Assembly (NCBI GenBank): GCA_963732385.1
Contig: CAVSZB010000007.1
Location: 896,001 to 960,000, forward strand
Source of the DNA: an uncultured bacterium
Lineage (GTDB): Bacteria > Krumholzibacteriota > Krumholzibacteriia > LZORAL124-64-63
Direction of reading: 5' to 3'
Length of the DNA: 64,000 nucleotides
The notes under the pieces were generated by a model, which was given only the letters and a program-made list of their open reading frames with translations, had not been told where the DNA came from and made no database searches. Position numbers and translations under genes: made by a program. Of the stretch, positions 62,143 to 64,000 are shown piece by piece. How positions within the stretch are numbered: position 1 is the first letter of the stretch; the number at the start of each line of letters is the position of its first letter.

Positions 62143-63072
62143 ATGCACACCTGGCTGATCTTCCTGCGCCCGCGGCAGTGGCCGATCCTGACCTGCCAGC
62201 TGGCCGTGGGGGTGCTGGCGGCACCAGCGGCCGTGGCAGGCCTGCGCGCCGGGCGTGCGCCGGACGCGGCCGTGCTGGCCGTGGCCTGGGCCGCCTGGGT
62301 GGTGGCGCTCAACGGCGGCACCCTCGCCTTCAACAGCGCCTACGATCGCGACACCGACAGCGTGGCCTACCTGCGCCGGCCACCGCCTCCCCCCCCCGGC
62401 CTGGCGCGCCGCGCCCTGCTGCTGATGGCCGGCGGCGCGCTGCTGGGCGCGGTCGTGGCGCCCGGGTTCGCCGCCGTCACCGCCGTCTGCGTGCTGCTAT
62501 CCCTCATCTACTCCCATCCGGCCGTGCGGTTGAAGGGGGTGGCGGGAGCCGATCTCGCGGTGAACATGCTCGGGTACGGAGCCGGCACGACGCTGGCCGG
62601 CTTCTTTGCCGGACAGGCGGCGTGGGGGGCCGCCAACGCCACTCCCGACGGCGCCACCTGGCGCCTGGCGGCCGGCTTCGGGCTGCTGTTCGGCTCCTTC
62701 TACCCGCTCACACAGATCTACCAGATCGCTCCGGACCGCCTCCGCGGCGACCGCACCCTGGCGGTGAGGCTGGGACCGCAGCGCGCCCTGCTGCTGGCCC
62801 TGGCGCTCGGCGTGGCCGCGGCTCCCGGCTTCCTGGGCGCGGCGGCCCGCTGGCCCGACGCCGGCGCGACCGGCCGCCCGGTGCCCTGGCTCGCGTTCGG
62901 CATGGGGCTCTGGCTGTTCCACCTGGCCGTGTGGCTCGCGCGGGCGGATCGGCTCTCGGCGCGGCAGCAGGAGGCGGGAATGTACCGCGCCCTGGCGCTC
63001 TGGGCGCTCGTCGATGCGACGGTGCTGGCGCAGCGATTTCTCGTCGGCAGCGGCGACGGCGCGGCGCGCTAG
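62143..63072 (+). CDS. UbiA family prenyltransferase
   Basis: RP, NSAYDRD, YSHP..RLK, QIYQ...D...GDRTLAVRLG. Confidence 0.85.
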   Translation: MHTWLIFLRPRQWPILTCQLAVGVLAAPAAVAGLRAGRAPDAAVLAVAWAAWVVALNGGTLAFNSAYDRDTDSVAYLRRPPPPPPGLARRALLLMAGGALLGAVVAPGFAAVTAVCVLLSLIYSHPAVRLKGVAGADLAVNMLGYGAGTTLAGFFAGQAAWGAANATPDGATWRLAAGFGLLFGSFYPLTQIYQIAPDRLRGDRTLAVRLGPQRALLLALALGVAAAPGFLGAAARWPDAGATGRPVPWLAFGMGLWLFHLAVWLARADRLSARQQEAGMYRALALWALVDATVLAQRFLVGSGDGAAR

Positions 63073-63075
63073 GCC

Positions 63076-64000
63076 CTAGATCGTCACGCGGCGGCGCCGG
63101 CTGATCTCGCCGTGGTAGCGGAGACCGAGCGCGTCCAGTTCGTCCAGGATGCGTTCGATGAGACGAACCCGCGCGGCGAGCGGGAGGAATGCGCTCTTGA
63201 AACCGTTCATCACCAGGTTGACGATCTGCTCCGCCGTCAGGTCGAAGTGCTCCACGGCAAGCGCCAGCTCGTTGGTGACGGTGGTGCCCGAGACGAGTCG
63301 ATTGTCGGTATTGAGCGTGATGCGCAGCCCCGCGTCCAGATAGCGACGGATGGGATGGCTGCGCAGGTCCGGCACGGCGCGTGTCTGCAGGTTGCTGGCC
63401 AGACAGACCTCCACGGCGATGCGCCGGTCGTTGACCCACGCCATCAGGTCGGGATCCTCGATCAGGCGGGTGCCGTGGCCGATACGGTGCGCGCCACAGT
63501 AGTGGATCGCCTGGTGGATCGAGGCCGGTCCGAAGGCCTCGCCGGCATGGATGGTGACGTTGATGTTGTGATTGAGGATGAGATAGAACGCCTGGATGTG
63601 GTGCTTCGCCGGATAATCCTTCTCGGCGCCGGCCAGGTCGAACCCGACCACGCCGCGTCCTTTCCACCGTACCGCCAGCTCGGCGAGCCGGAACGACGAC
63701 TCCGGCGAAATATGCCGGATGCCACAGATGATCTGGCCGGTCATGATGCCGAAGCGCTGGCGCGCCCGGTCGAGCCCCTCCTGGACCGCGGCCACCACAT
63801 CGTCGGGCTGCAGGCCGTCATCGACATGCAGCAACGGCGAGTAGCGCACCTCCATGTAGCGGACATTCTCGCGGTGCGCGTCCTCGGCCAGCTCGAAGGC
63901 GATCCGCACGAGTTCGTCCCCCTGCTGCATCATGCGCAGCGTGATGTCGAAGACGCGCAGGTACTCCTCGAGGCTGCCGCAGTTCTGGTCCACCTCGCAG
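63076..64000 (-). CDS. add: Adenosine deaminase (5' end outside window)
   Basis: YMEVRYSP, GFDLAG, TIHAGE, RIGHG, SNLQT, NTDN. Confidence 0.93.
   Translation of the reverse strand, partial: CEVDQNCGSLEEYLRVFDITLRMMQQGDELVRIAFELAEDAHRENVRYMEVRYSPLLHVDDGLQPDDVVAAVQEGLDRARQRFGIMTGQIICGIRHISPESSFRLAELAVRWKGRGVVGFDLAGAEKDYPAKHHIQAFYLILNHNINVTIHAGEAFGPASIHQAIHYCGAHRIGHGTRLIEDPDLMAWVNDRRIAVEVCLASNLQTRAVPDLRSHPIRRYLDAGLRITLNTDNRLVSGTTVTNELALAVEHFDLTAEQIVNLVMNGFKSAFLPLAARVRLIERILDELDALGLRYHGEISRRRRVTI

Overview
High-GC bacterial chromosomal window. Two secreted proteins carry PNPFNP/FlgD-Ig-like C-terminal domains, which suggests an FCB-related candidate lineage such as Krumholzibacteriota or Latescibacterota (inference only). 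Housekeeping loci: tmRNA, smpB-amiC-GerMN-murI-rph-rdgB, tRNAs Pro/Arg/His/Lys/Leu, ssb, nth. Metabolic loci: a split saccharopine-pathway operon (LKR, SDH, ALDH7) followed by a REC/PEP-synthase-like gene and gdhA; PPK2; beta-carbonic anhydrase; an archaeal-type GAPDH homolog; cN-II nucleotidase; adenosine deaminase. An accessory stretch of about 21-40 kb ends at tRNA-Lys. It holds an RND pump, gene remnants (GH92, TetR), an orphan RiPP-like His-rich peptide and an apparently exported AmmeMemoRadiSam system. Most striking observations: (i) two ~100-nt hairpins with an identical 39-bp apex and largely different stems bracket a secreted LVIVD beta-propeller gene next to ssrA in inverted orientation; (ii) the radical SAM AmrS has a Tat-like signal plus CxxCH and is followed by a signal-peptide AmrB-AmrA fusion and a membrane SAM-binding protein; (iii) the orphan RiPP-like precursor; (iv) a CHAT (caspase-like) protein lacking both catalytic residues; (v) RdgB with a 140-aa insertion. 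No CRISPR array, integrase or intact transposase was seen. All calls are from motif recognition by eye; no database searches were run.
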